The position numbers were made by a program, and so were the translations under genes. A stretch of DNA of 64,000 nucleotides from assembly GCF_009914755.1 (NCBI RefSeq), contig NC_060943.1; one strand, 5' to 3'. Below the pieces are notes generated by a model. That model was not told the origin of the DNA and did not search any database. It was given only the letters and a program-made list of their open reading frames with translations. Within the stretch, counting starts at the first letter, position 1. Each line of letters opens with the position of its first letter. Positions 13,750 through 27,320 of this stretch are shown piece after piece. Source of the DNA: the human T2T-CHM13v2.0 reference genome, Homo sapiens.

Positions 13750-15740
13750 TCAACTCACAGAGTTGAACGATCCTTTACACAGAGCAGACTTGAAACACTG
13801 TTTTTGTGGAATTTGCAAGTGGAGATTTCAGCCGCTTTGAGGTCAATGGTAGAATAGGAAATATCTTCCTATAGAAACTAGACAGAATGATTCTCAGAAA
13901 CTCCTTTGTGATGTGTGCGTTCAACTCACACAGTTTAACCTTTCTTTTCATAGAGCAGTTAGGAAACACTCTGTTTGTAAAGTCTGCAAGTGGATATTCA
14001 GACCTCCTTGATGCCTTCGTTGGAAACGGGATTTCTTCATATTCTGCTAGACAGAAGAATTCTCAGTAACTTCCTTGTGTTGTGTGTATTCAACTCACAG
14101 AGTTGAACGATCCTTTACACAGAGCAGACTTGAAACACTCTTTTTGTGGAATTTACAAGTGGAGATTTCAGCCGCTTTGAGTTCAATGGTAGAATAGGAA
14201 ATATCTTCCTATAGAAACTAGACAGAATGATTCTCAGAAACTCCTTTGTGATGTGTGCGTTCAACTCACAGAGTTCAACCTTTCTTTTCATAGAGCAGTT
14301 GGGAAACACTCTGTTTGTAAAGTCTGCAAGTGGATATTCAGACTTCTTTGAGGCCTTCGTTGGAAGCGGGATTTCTTCATGTTCTGCTAGACAGAAGAAT
14401 TCTCAGAAACTTCCTTGTGTTGTGTGTTTTCAACTCACAGAGTTGAACGATCCTTTACACAGAGCAGACTTGAAACACTCCTTTTGTGGAATTTGCAAGT
14501 GGAGATTTCAGCCGCTTTGAGGTCAATGGTAGAATAGGAAATATCTTCCTATAGAAAGTAGACAGAATGATTCTCAGAAACTCCTTTGTGATGTGTGCGT
14601 TCAACTCACAGAGTTTAACCTTTCTTTTCATAGAGCAGTTAGGAAACACTCTGTTTGTAAAGTCTGCAAGTGGATATTCAGACCTCCTTGAGGCCTTCGT
14701 TGGAAACGGGATTTCTTCATATTCTGCTAGACAGAAGAATTCTCAGTAACTTCCTTGTGTTGTGTGTATTCAACTCACAGAGTTGAACGATCCTTTACAC
14801 AGAGCAGACTTGAAACACTCTTTTTTGGAATTTGCAAGTGGAGATTTCAGCCGCTTTGAGTTCAATGGTAGAATAGGAAATATCTTCCTATAGAAACTAG
14901 ACAGAATGATTCTCAGAAACTCCTTTGTGATGTGTGCGTTCAACTCACAGAGTTCAACCTTTCTTTTCATAGAGCAGTTGGGAAACACTCTGTTTGTAAA
15001 GTCTGCAAGTGGATATTCAGACCTCCTTGAGGCCTTCGTTGGAAACGGGATTTCTTCATATTATGCTAGACAGAAGAATTCTCAGAAACTTCCTTGTGTT
15101 GTGTGTTTTCAACTCACAGAATTGAACGATGCTTTACACAGAGTAGACTTGAAACACTCTTTTTGTGTAATTTGCAAGTGGAGATTTCAGCCGCTTTGAG
15201 GTCAATGGTAGAAAAGGAAATATCTTCGTATAAAAACTAGACAGAATGATTCTCAGAAACTCCTTTGTGATGTGTGCGTTCACCTCACAGAGTTTAACCT
15301 TTCTTTTCATAGAGTAGTTAGGAAACACTCTGTTTGTAAAGTCTGCAAATGGATATTCAGACCTCCTTGAGGCCTTCGTTGGAAACGGGATTTCTTCATA
15401 TTATGCTAGACAGAAGAATTCTCAGTAACTTCCTTGTGTTGTGTGTATTCAACTCACAGAGTTGAACGATCCTTTACACAGAGCAGACTTGAAACACTCT
15501 TTTTGTGGAATTTGCAAGTGGAGATTTCAGCCGCTTTGAGGTCAATGGTAGAATAGGAAATATCTTCATATAGAAACTAGACAGAATGATTCTCAGAAAC
15601 TCCTTTGTGATGTGTGCGTTCAACTCACACAGTTTAACCTTTCTTTTCATAGAGCAGTTAGGAAACACTCTGTAAAGTCTGCAAGTGGATATTCAGACCT
15701 CCTTGAGGCATTCGTTGGAAACGGGATTTCTTCATATTAT
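13750..15740 (+). repeat. Older partial copy of block A (offset 12233 bp = 36 dimers from ~1520-3500)
   Basis: Shares CTTGATGCC, the G deletion in TTTTTGTGG, ACAGAATTG, GTTCACCTC and CTTCATATAG, but lacks the younger variants CTCTGTGATG, GTTGTCAA, AAGTGTGC and TTCGATGG. Confidence 0.85.
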
Positions 15741-17668
15741 GCTAGACAGAAGAATTCTCAGTAACTTCCTTGTGTTGTGTGTATTCAACTCACAGAGTTG
15801 AACGATCCTTTACACAGAGCAGACTTGAAACACTCTTTTTGTGGAATTTGCAAGTGGAGATTTCAGCCGCTTTGAGTTCAATGGTAGAATAGGAAATATC
15901 TTCCTATAGAAACTAGACAGAATGATTCTCAGAAACTCCTTTGTGATGTGTGCATTCAACTCACAGAGTTCAACCTTTCTTTTCATAGAGCAGTTGGGAA
16001 ACACTCTGTTTGTAAAGTCTGCAAGTGGATATTCAGACTTCTTTGAGGCCTTCGTTGGAAGCGGGATTTCTTCATGTTCTGCTAGACAGAAGAATTCTCA
16101 GTAACTGCCTTGTGTTGTGTGTATTCAACTCACAGAGTTGAACGATCCTTTACACAGAGCAGACTTGAAACACTCCTTTTGTGGAATTTGCAAGTGGAGA
16201 TTTCAGCCGCTTTGAGGTCAATGGTAGAATAGGAAATATCTTCCTATAGAAACTAGACAGAATGATTCTCAGAAACTCCTTTGTGATGTGTGCGTTCAAC
16301 TCACAGAGTTTAACCTTTCTTTTCATAGAGCAGTTAGGAAACACTCTGTTTGTAAAGTCTGCAAGTGGATATTCAGACATCCTTGAGGCTTTCGTTGGAA
16401 ACGGGATTTATTCATATTCTGCTAGACAGAAGAATTCTCAGAAACTTCCTTGTGTTGTGTGTTTTCAACTCACAGAGTTGAACGATCCTTTACACAGAGC
16501 AGACTTGAAACACTCCTTGTGTGGAATTTGCAAGTGGAGATTTCAGCCGCTTTGAGGTCAATGGTAGAATAGGAAATATCTTCCTATAGAAAGTAGACAG
16601 AATGATTCTCAGAAACTCCTTTGTGATGTGTGCGTTCAACTCACAGAGTTTAACCTTTCTTTTCATAGAGCAGTTAGGAAACACTCTGTTTGTAAAGTCT
16701 GCAAGTGGATATTCAGACCTCCTTGAGGCCTTCGTTGGAAACGGGATTTCTTCATATTCTGCTAGACAGAAGAATTCTCAGTAACTTCCTTGTGTTGTGT
16801 GTATTCAACTCACAGAGTTGAACGATCCTTTACACAGAGCAGACTTGAAACACTCTTTTTGTGGAATTTGCAAGTGGAGATTTCAGCCGCTTTGAGTTCA
16901 ATGGTAGAATAGGAAATATCTTCCTATAGAAACTAGACAGAATGATTCTCAGAAACTCCTTTGTGATGTGTGCGTTCAACTCACAGAGTTCAACCTTTCT
17001 TTTCATAGAGCAGTTGGGAAACACTCTGTTTGTAAAGTCTGCAAGTGGATATTCAGACTTCTTTGAGGCCTTCGTTGGAAGCGGGATTTCTTCATATTCT
17101 GCTAGACAGAAGAATTCTCAGTAACTGCCTTGTGTTGTGTGTATTCAACTCACAGAGTTGAACGATCGTTTACACAGAGCAGACTTGAAACGCTCTTTTT
17201 GTGGAACTTGCAAGTGGAGATTTCAGCCGCTTTGAGGTCAATGGTAGAATAGGAAATATCTTCCTATAGAAACTAGACAGAATGATTCTCAGAAACTCCT
17301 TTGTGATGTGTGCGTTCAACTCACAGAGTTTAACCTTTCTTTTCATAGAGCAGTTAGGAAACACTCTGTTTGTAAAGTCTGCAAGTGGATATTCAGACCT
17401 CCTTGAGGCCTTCGTTGGAAACAGGATTTCTTCATATTATGCTAGACAGAAGAATTCTCAGTAACTTCCTTGTGTTGTGTGTATTCAATTCACAGAGTTG
17501 AACGATCCTTTACACAGAGCAGACTTGAAACACTCTTTTTGTGTAATTTGCAAGTGGAGATTTCAGCCGCTTTGAGGTCAATGGTAGAAAAGGAAATATC
17601 TTCGTATAAAAACTAGACAGAATGATTCTCAGAAACTCCTTTGTGATGTGTGCCTTCACCTCACAGAG

Positions 17669-20600
17669 TTTAACCTTTCTTTTCATAGAGCAGTTAGGAA
17701 ACACTCTGTTTGTAAAGTCTGCAAGTGGATATTCAGACCTCCTTGAGGCCTTCGTTGGAAACGGGATTTCTTCATATTATGCTAGACAGAAGAATTCTCA
17801 GTAACTTCCTTGTGTTGTGTGTATTCAACTCACAGAGTTGAACGATCCTTTACACAGAGCAGACTTGAAACACTCTTTTTGTGGAATTTGCAAGTGGAGA
17901 TTTCAGCCGCTTTGAGGTCAATGGTAGAATAGGAAATATCTTCATATAGAAACTAGACAGAATGATTCTCAGAAACTCCTTTGTGATGTGTGCGTTCAAC
18001 TCACACAGTTTAACCTTTCTTTTCATAGAGCAGTTAGGAAACACTCTGTTTGTAAAGTCTGCAAGTGGATATTCAGACCTCCTTGAGGCATTCGTTGGAA
18101 ACGGGATTTCTTCATATTATGCTAGACAGAAGAATTCTCAGTAACTTCCTTGTGTTGTGTGTATTCAACTCACAGAGTTGAACGATCCTTTACACAGAGC
18201 AGACTTGAAACACTCTTTTTGTGGAATTTGCAAGCGGAGATTTCAGCCGCTTTGAGTTCAATGGTAGAATAGGAAATATCTTCCTATAGAAACTAGACAG
18301 AATGATTCTCAGAAACTCCTTTGTGATGTGTGCGTTCAACTCACAGAGTTCAACCTTTCTTTTAATAGAGCAGTTGGGAAACACTCTGTATGTAAAGTCT
18401 GCAAGTGGATATTCAGACTTCTTTGAGGCCTTCTTTGGAAGCGGGATTTCTTCATATTCTGCTAGACAGAAGAATTCTCAGTAACTTCCTTGTGTTGTGT
18501 GTATTCAACTCACAGAGTTGAACGATCCTTTACACAGAGCAGACTTGAAACACTCTTTTTGTGGAATTTGCAAGTGGAGATTTCAGCCGTTTTGAGGTCA
18601 ATGGTAGAATAGGAAATATCTTCCTATAGAAACTAGACAGAATGATTCTCAGAAACTCCTTTGTGATGTGTGCGTTCAACTCACAGAGTTTAACCTTTCT
18701 TTTCATAGAGCAGTTAGGAAACACTCTGTTTGTAAAGTCTGCAAGTGGATATTCAGACATCCTTGAGGCTTTCGTTGGAAATGGGATTTCTTCATATTCT
18801 GCTAGACAGAAGAATTCTCAGTAACTTCCTTGTGTTGTGTGTATTCAACTCACAGAGTTGAACGATCCTTTACACAGAGCAGACTTGAAGCACTCTTTTT
18901 GTGGAATTTGCAAGTGGAGATTTCAGCCGCTTTCAGGTCAATGGTAGAATAGGAAATATCTTCCTATAGAAACTAGACAGAATGATTCTCAGAAACTCCT
19001 TTGTGATGTGTGCGTTCAACTCACAGAGTTTAACCTTTCTTTTCATAGAGCAGTTGGGAAACACTCTGTTTGTAAAGTCTGCAAGTGGATATTCAGACAT
19101 CCTTGAGGCTTTCGTTGGAAACGGGATTTCTTCATATTCTGCTAGCAAGAAGAATTCTCAGTAACTTCCTTGTGTTGTGTGTATTCAACTCACAGAGTTG
19201 AACGATCCTTTACACAGAGCAGACTTGAAACACTCTTTTTGTGGAATTTGCAAGTGGAGATTTCAGCCGCTTTGAGGTCAATGGTAGAATAGGAAATATC
19301 TTCCTATAGAAACTAGACAGAATGATTCTCAGAAACTCCTTTGTGATGTGTGCGTTCAACTCACACAGTTTAACCTTTCTTTTCATAGAGCAGTTAGGAA
19401 ACACTCTGTTTGTAAAGTCTGCAAGTGGATATTCAGACCTCCTTGATGCCTTCGTTGGAAACGGGATTTCTTCATATTCTGCTAGACAGAAGAATTCTCA
19501 GTAACTTCCTTGTGTTGTGTGTATTCAACTCACAGAGTTGAACGATCCTTTACACAGAGCAGACTTGAAACACTCTTTTTGTGGAATTTGCAAGTGGAGA
19601 TTTCAGCCGCTTTGAGTTCAATGGTAGAATAGGAAATATCTTCCTATAGAAACTAGACAGAATGATTCTCAGAAACTCCTCTGTGATGTGTGCGTTCAAC
19701 TCACAGAGTTCAACCTTTCTTTTCATAGAGCAGTTGGGAAACACTCTGTTTGTAAAGTCTGCAAGTGGATATTCAGACTTCTTTGAGGCCTTCGTTGGAA
19801 GCGGGATTTCTTCATGTTCTGCTAGACAGAAGAATTCTCAGAAACTTCCTTGTGTTGTGTGTTGTCAACTCACAGAGTTGAACGATCCTTTACACAGAGC
19901 AGACTTGAAACACTCCTTTTGTGGAATTTGCAAGTGGAGATTTCAGCCGCTTTGAGGTCAATGGTAGAATAGGAAATATCTTCCTATAGAAAGTAGACAG
20001 AATGATTCTCAGAAACTCCTTTGTGATGTGTGCGTTCAACTCACAGAGTTTAACCTTTCTTTTCATAGAGCAGTTAGGAAACACTCTGTTTGTAAAGTGT
20101 GCAAGTGGATATTCAGACCTCCTTGAGGCCTTCGTTGGAAACGGGATTTCTTCATATTCTGCTAGACAGAAGAATTCTCAGTAACTTCCTTGTGTTGTGT
20201 GTATTCAACTCACAGAGTTGAACGATCCTTTACACAGAGCAGACTTGAAACACTCTTTTTTGGAATTTGCAAGTGGAGATTTCAGCCGCTTTGAGTTCAA
20301 TGGTAGAATAGGAAATATCTTCCTATAGAAACTAGACAGAATGATTCTCAGAAACTCCTTTGTGATGTGTGCGTTCAACTCACAGAGTTCAACCTTTCTT
20401 TTCATAGAGCAGTTGGGAAACACTCTGTTTGTAAAGTCTGCAAGTGGATATTCAGACCTCCTTGAGGCCTTCGTTGGAAACGGGATTTCTTCATATTATG
20501 CTAGACAGAAGAATTCTCAGAAACTTCCTTGTGTTGTGTGTTTTCAACTCACAGAATTGAACGATGCTTTACACAGAGTAGACTTGAAACACTCTTTTTG

Positions 20601-21148
20601 TGTAATTTGCAAGTGGAGATTTCAGCCGCTTTGAGGTCAATGGTAGAAAAGGAAATATCTTCGTATAAAAACTAGACAGAATGATTCTCAGAAACTCCTT
20701 TGTGATGTGTGCGTTCACCTCACAGAGTTTAACCTTTCTTTTCATAGAGCAGTTAGGAAACACTCTGTTTGTAAAGTCTGCAAGTGGATATTCAGACCTC
20801 CTTGAGGCCTTCGATGGAAACGGGATTTCTTCATATTATGCTAGACAGAAGAATTCTCAGTAACTTCCTTGTGTTGTGTGTATTCAACTCACAGAGTTGA
20901 ACGATCCTTTACACAGAGCAGACTTGAAACACTCTTTTTGTGGAATTTGCAAGTGGAGATTTCAGCCGCTTTGAGGTCAATGGTAGAATAGGAAATATCT
21001 TCATATAGAAACTAGACAGAATGATTCTCAGAAACTCCTTTGTGATGTGTGCGTTCAACTCACACAGTTTAACCTTTCTTTTCATAGAGCAGTTAGGAAA
21101 CACTCTGTTTGTAAAGTCTGCAAGTGGATATTCAGACCTCCTTGAGGC
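17669..21148 (+). repeat. Long-range duplication block A, copy 2
   Basis: ORF-track translations are identical at a constant offset of 17668 (182/17850, 2537/20205, 3241/20909). The first mismatch I saw is 3481 C versus 21149 A. Confidence 0.93.
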
Positions 21149-23959
21149 ATTCGTTGGAAACGGGATTTCTTCATATTATGCTAGACAGAAGAATTCTCAG
21201 TAACTTCCTTGTGTTGTGTGTATTCAACTCACAGAGTTGAATGATCCTTTACACAGAGCAGACTTGAAACACTCTTTTTGTGGAATTTGCAAGTGGAGAT
21301 TTCAGCCGCTTTGAGTTCAATGGTAGAATAGGAAATATCTTCCAATAGAAACTAGACAGAATGATTCTCAGAAACTCCTTTGTGATGTGTGCGTTCAACT
21401 CACAGAGTTCAACCTTTCTTTTCATAGAGCAGTTGGGAAACACTCTGTTTGTAAAGTCTGCAAGTGGATATTCAGACTTCTTTGAGGCCTTCGTTGGAAG
21501 CGGGATTTCTTCATGTTCTGCTAGACAGAAGAATTCTCAGTAACTGCCTTGTGTTGTGTGTATTCAACTCACAGAGTTGAACGATCCTTTACACAGAGCA
21601 GACTTGAAACACTCCTTTTGTGGAATTTGCAAGTGGAGATTTCAGCCGCTTTGAGGTCAATGGTAGAATAGGAAATATCTTCCTATAGAAACTAGACAGA
21701 ATGATTCTCAGAAACTCCTTTGTGATGTGTGCGTTCAACTCACACAGTTTAACCTTTCTTTTCATAGAGCAGTTAGGAAACACTCTGTTTGTAAAGTCTG
21801 CAAGTGGATATTCAGACCTCCTTGAGGCATTCGTTGGAAACGGGATTTCTTCATATTATGCTAGACAGAAGAATTCTCAGTAACTTCCTTGTGTTGTGTG
21901 TATTCAACTCACAGAGTTGAACGATCCTTTACACAGAGCAGACTTGAAACACTCTTTTTGTGGAATTTGCAAGTGGAGATTTCAGCCGCTTTGAGTTCAA
22001 TGGTAGAATAGGAAATATCTTCCTATAGAAACTAGACAGAATGATTCTCAGAAACTCCTTTGTGATGTGTGCGTTCAACTCACAGAGTTCAACCTTTCTT
22101 TTCATAGAGCAGTTAGGAAACACTCTGTTTGTAAAGTCTGCAAGTGGATATTCAGACCTCCTTGAGGCCTTCGTTGGAAACGGGATTTCTTCATATTATG
22201 CTAGACAGAAGAATTCTCAGTAACTTCCTTGTGTTGTGTGTATTCAACTCACAGAGTTGAACGATCCTTTACACAGAGCAGACTTGAAACACTCTTTTTG
22301 TGGAATTTGCAAGTGGAGATTTCAGCCGCTTTGAGGTCAATGGTAGAATAGGAAATATCTTCCTATAGAAACTAGACAGAATGATTCTCAGAAACTCCTT
22401 TGTGATGTGTGCGTTCAACTGACAGAGTTTAACCTTTCTTTTCATAGAGCAGTTAGGAAACACTCTGTTTGTAAAGTCTGCAAGTGGATATTCAGACATC
22501 CTTGAGGCTTTCGTTGGAAACGGGATTTCTTCATATTCTGCTAGAAAGAAGAATTCTCAGTAACTTCCTTGTGTTGTGTGTATTCAACTCACAGAGTTGA
22601 ACGATCCTTTACACAGAGCAGACTTGAAACACTCTTTTTGTGGAATTTGCAAGTGGAGATTTCAGCCGCTTTGAGTTCAATGGTAGAATAGGAAATATCT
22701 TCCTATAGAAACTAGACAGAATGATTCTCAGAAACTCCTTTGTGATGTGTGCGTTCAACTCACAGAGTTCAACCTTTCTTTTCATAGAGCAGTTAGGAAA
22801 CACTCTGTTTGTAAAGTCTGCAAGTGGATATTCAGACATCCTTGAGGCTTTCGTTGGAAACGGGATTTCTTCATATTCTGCTAGAAAGAAGAATTCTCAG
22901 TAACTTCCTTGTGTTGTGTGTATTCAACTCACAGAGTTGAACGATCCTTTACACAGAGCAGACTTGAAACACTCTTTTTGTGGAATTTGCAAGTGGAGAT
23001 TTCAGCCGCTTTGAGGTCAATGGTAGAATAGGAAATATCTTCCTATAGAAACTAGACAGAATGATTCTCAGAAACTCCTTTGTGATGTGTGCGTTCAACT
23101 CACAGAGTTTAACCTTTCTTTTCATAGAGCAGTTGGGAAACACTCTGTTTGTAAAGTCTGCAAGTGGATATTCAGACATCCTTGAGGCTTTCGTTGGAAA
23201 CGGGATTTCTTCTTATTCTGCTAGAAAGAAGAATTCTCAGTAACTTCCTTGTGTTGTGTGTATTCAACTCACAGAGTTGAACGATCCTTTACACAGAGCA
23301 GACTTGAAACACTCTTTTTGTGGAATTTGCAAGTGGAGATTTCAGCCGCTTTGAGGTCAATGGTAGAATAGGAAATATCTTCCTATAGAAACTAGACAGA
23401 ATGATTCTCAGAAACTCCTTTGTGATGTGTGCGTTCAACTCACACAGTTTAACCTTTCTTTTCATAGAGCAGTTAGGAAACACTCTGTTTGTAAAGTCTG
23501 CAAGTGGATATTCAGACCTCCTTGAGGCATTCGTTGGAAACGGGATTTCTTCATATTATGCTAGACAGAAGAATTCTCAGTAACTTCCTTGTGTTGTGTG
23601 TATTCAACTCACAGAGTTGAACGATCCTTTACACAGAGCAGACTTGAAACACTCTTTTTGTGGAATTTGCAAGTGGAGATTTCAGCCGCTTTGAGTTCAA
23701 TGGTAGAATAGGAAATATCTTCCTATAGAAACTAGACAGAATGATTCTCAGAAACTCCTTTGTGATGTGTGCGTTCAACTCACAGAGTTCAACCTTTCTT
23801 TTCATAGAGCAGTTAGGAAACACTCTGTTTGTAAAGTCTGCAAGTGGATATTCAGACCTCCTTGAGGCCTTCGTTGGAAACGGGATTTCTTCCTATTATG
23901 CTAGACAGAAGAATTCTCTGTAACTTCCTTGCGTTGTGTGTATTCAACTCACAGAGTTG

Positions 23960-26900
23960 AACGATCCTTTACACAGAGCAGACTTGAAACACTCTTTTTG
24001 TGGAATTTGCAAGTGGAGATTTCAGCCGCTTTGAGGTCAACGGTAGAATAGGAAATATCTTCCTATAGAAACTAGACAGAATGATTCTCAGAAACTCCTT
24101 TGTGATGTGTGCGTTCAACTCACAGAGTTTAACCTTTCTTTTCATAGAGCAGTTAGGAAACACTCTGTTTGTAAAGTCTGCAAGTGGATATTCAGACCTC
24201 CTTAAGGCCTTCGTTGGAAACGGGATTTCTTCATATTATGCTAGACAGAAGAATTCTCAGTAACCTCCTTGTGTTGTGTGTATTCAACTCACAGAGTTGA
24301 ACTATCCTTTACACAGAGCAGACTTGAAACACTCTTTTTGTGGAATTTGCAAGTGGAGATTTCAGCCGCTTTGAGGTCAATGGTAGAATAGGAAATATCT
24401 GCCTATAGAAACTAGACAGAATGATTCTGAGAAACTCCTTTGTGATGTGAGCGTTCAACTCACACAGTTTAACCTTTCTTTTCATAGAGCAGTTAGGAAA
24501 CACTCTGTTTGTAAAGTCTGCAAGTGGATATTCAGACCTCCTTGAGGCCTTCGTTGGAAACGGGATTTCTTCATATTATGCTAGACAGAAGCATTCTCAG
24601 TAACTTCCTTGTGTTGTGTGTATTCAACTCACAGAGTTGAACGATCCTTTACACAGAGCAGACTTGAAACACTCTTTTTGTGGAATTTGCAAGTGGAGAT
24701 TTCAGCCGCTTTGAGTTCAATGGTAGAATAGGAAATATCTTCCTATAGAAACTAGACAGAATGATTCTCAGAAACTCCTTTGTGATGTGTGCGTTCAACT
24801 CACAGAGTTCAACCTTTCTTTTCATAGAGCAGTTGGGAAACACTCTGTTTGTAAAGTCTGCAAGTGGATATTCAGACTTCTTTGAGGCCTTCTTTGGAAG
24901 CGGGATTTCTTCATGTTCTGCTAGACAGAAGAATTCTCAGAAACTTCCTTGTGTTGTGTGTTTTCAACTCACAGAGTTGAACGATCCTTTACACAGAGCA
25001 GACTTGAAACACTCCTTTTGTGGAATTTGCAAGTGGAGATTTCAGCCGCTTTGAGGTCAATGGTAGAATAGGAAATATCTTCCTATAGAAAGTAGACAGA
25101 ATGATTCTCAGAAACTCCTTTGTGATGTGTGCGTTCAACTCACAGAGTTTAACCTTTCTTTTCATAGAGCAGTTAGGAAACACTCTGTGTGTAAAGTCTG
25201 CAAGTGGATATTCAGACCTCCTTGAGGCCTTCGTTGGAAACGGTATTTCCTCATATTCTGCTAGACAGAAGAATTCTCAGTAACTTCCTTGTGTTGTGTG
25301 TATTCAACTCACAGAGTTGAACGATCCTTTACACAGAGCAGACTTGAAACACTCTTTTTGTGGCATTTGCAAGTGGAGATTTCAGCCGCTTTGAGTTCAA
25401 TGGTAGAATAGGAAATATCTTCCTATAGAAACTAGAAAGAATGATTCTCAGAAACTCCTTTGTGATGTGTGCGTTCAACTCACAGAGTTCAACCTTTCTT
25501 TTCATAGAGCAGTTGGGAAACACTCTGTTTGTAAAGTCTGCAAGTGGATATTCAGACTTCTTTGAGGCCTTCGTTGGAAGCGGGATTTCTTCATATTCTG
25601 CTAGACAGAAGAATTCTCAGTAACTTCCTTGTGTTGTGTGTATTCAACTCACAGAGTTGAACGATCCTTTACACAGAGCAGACTTGAAACACTCTTTTTG
25701 TGGAATTTGCAAGTGGAGATTTCAGCCGCTTTGAGGTCAATGGTAGAATAGGAAATATCTTCCTATAGAAACTAGACAGAATGATTCTCAGAAACTCCTT
25801 TGTGATGTGTGCGTTCAACTCACAGAGTTTAACCTTTCTTTTCATAGAGCAGTTAGGAAACACTCTGTTTGTAAAGTCTGCAAGTGGATATTCAGACCTC
25901 CTTAAGGCCTTCGTTGGAAACGGGATTTCTTCATATTATGCTAGACAGAAGAATTCTCAGTAACTTCCTTGTGTTGTGTGTATTCAACTCACAGAGTTGA
26001 ACTATCCTTTACACAGAGCAGACTTGAAACACTCTTTTTGTGGAATTTGCAAGTGGAGATTTCAGCCGCTTTGAGGTCAATGGTAGAATAGGAAATATCT
26101 TCCTATAGAAACTAGACAGAATGATTCTGATAAACTCCTTTGTGATGTGAGCGTTCAACTCACACAGTTTAACCTTTCTTTTCATAGAGCAGTTAGGAAA
26201 CACTCTGTTTGTAAAGTCTGCAAGTGGATATTCAGACCTCCTTGAGGCCTTCGTTGGAAACGGGATTTCTTCATATTATGCTAGACAGAAGCATTCTCAG
26301 TAACTTCCTTGTGTTGTGTGTATTCAACTCACAGAGTTGAACGATCCTTTACACAGAGCAGACTTGAAACACTCTTTTTGTGGAATTTGCAAGTGGAGAT
26401 TTCAGCCGCTTTGAGTTCAATGGTAGAATAGGAAATATCTTCCTATAGAAACTAGACAGAATGATTCTCAGAAACTCCTTTGTGATGTGTGCGTTCAACT
26501 CACAGAGTTCAACCTTTCTTTTCATAGAGCAGTTGGGAAACACTCTGTTTGTAAAGTCTGCAAGTGGATATTCAGACTTCTTTGAGGCCTTCGTTGGAAG
26601 CGGGATTTCTTCATGTTCTGCTAGACAGAAGAATTCTCAGAAACTTCCTTGTGTTGTGTGTTTTCAACTCACAGAGTTGAACGATCCTTTACACAGAGCA
26701 GACTTGAAACACTCCTTTTGTGGAATTTGCAAGTGGAGATTTCAGCCGCTTTGAGGTCAATGGTAGAATAGGAAATATCTTCCTATAGAAAGTAGACAGA
26801 ATGATTCTCAGAAACTCCTTTCTGATGTGTGCGTTCAACTCACAGAGTTTAACCTTTCTTTTCATAGAGCAGTTAGGAAACACTCTGTGTGTAAAGTCTG

Positions 26901-27320
26901 CAAGTGGATATTCAGACCTCCTTGAGGCCTTCGTTGGAAACGGTATTTCTTCATATTCTGCTAGACAGAAGAATTCTCAGTAACTTCCTTGTGTTGTGTG
27001 TATTCAACTCACAGAGTTGAACGATCCTTTACACAGAGCAGACTTGAAACACTCTTTTTGTGGCATTTGCAAGTGGAGATTTCAGCCGCTTTGAGTTCAA
27101 TGGTAGAATAGGAAATATCTTCCTATAGAAACTAGAAAGAATGATTCTCAGAAACTCCTTTGTGATGTGTGCGTTCAACTCACAGAGTTCAACCTTTCTT
27201 TTCATAGAGCAGTTGGGAAACACTCTGTTTGTAAAGTCTGCAAGTGGATATTCAGACTTCTTTGAGGCCTTCGTTGGAAGCGGGATTTCTTCATATTCTG
27301 CTAGACAGAAGAATTCTCAG
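23960..27320 (+). repeat. Tandem duplication of a 5-dimer (1700 bp) unit
   Basis: CTTAAGG, GAACTATCC, GTGAGCG, GCATTC, CTGTGTGTAA, AACGGTA, TGGCATT and CTAGAAAGAATG all recur at +1700. Confidence 0.9.
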
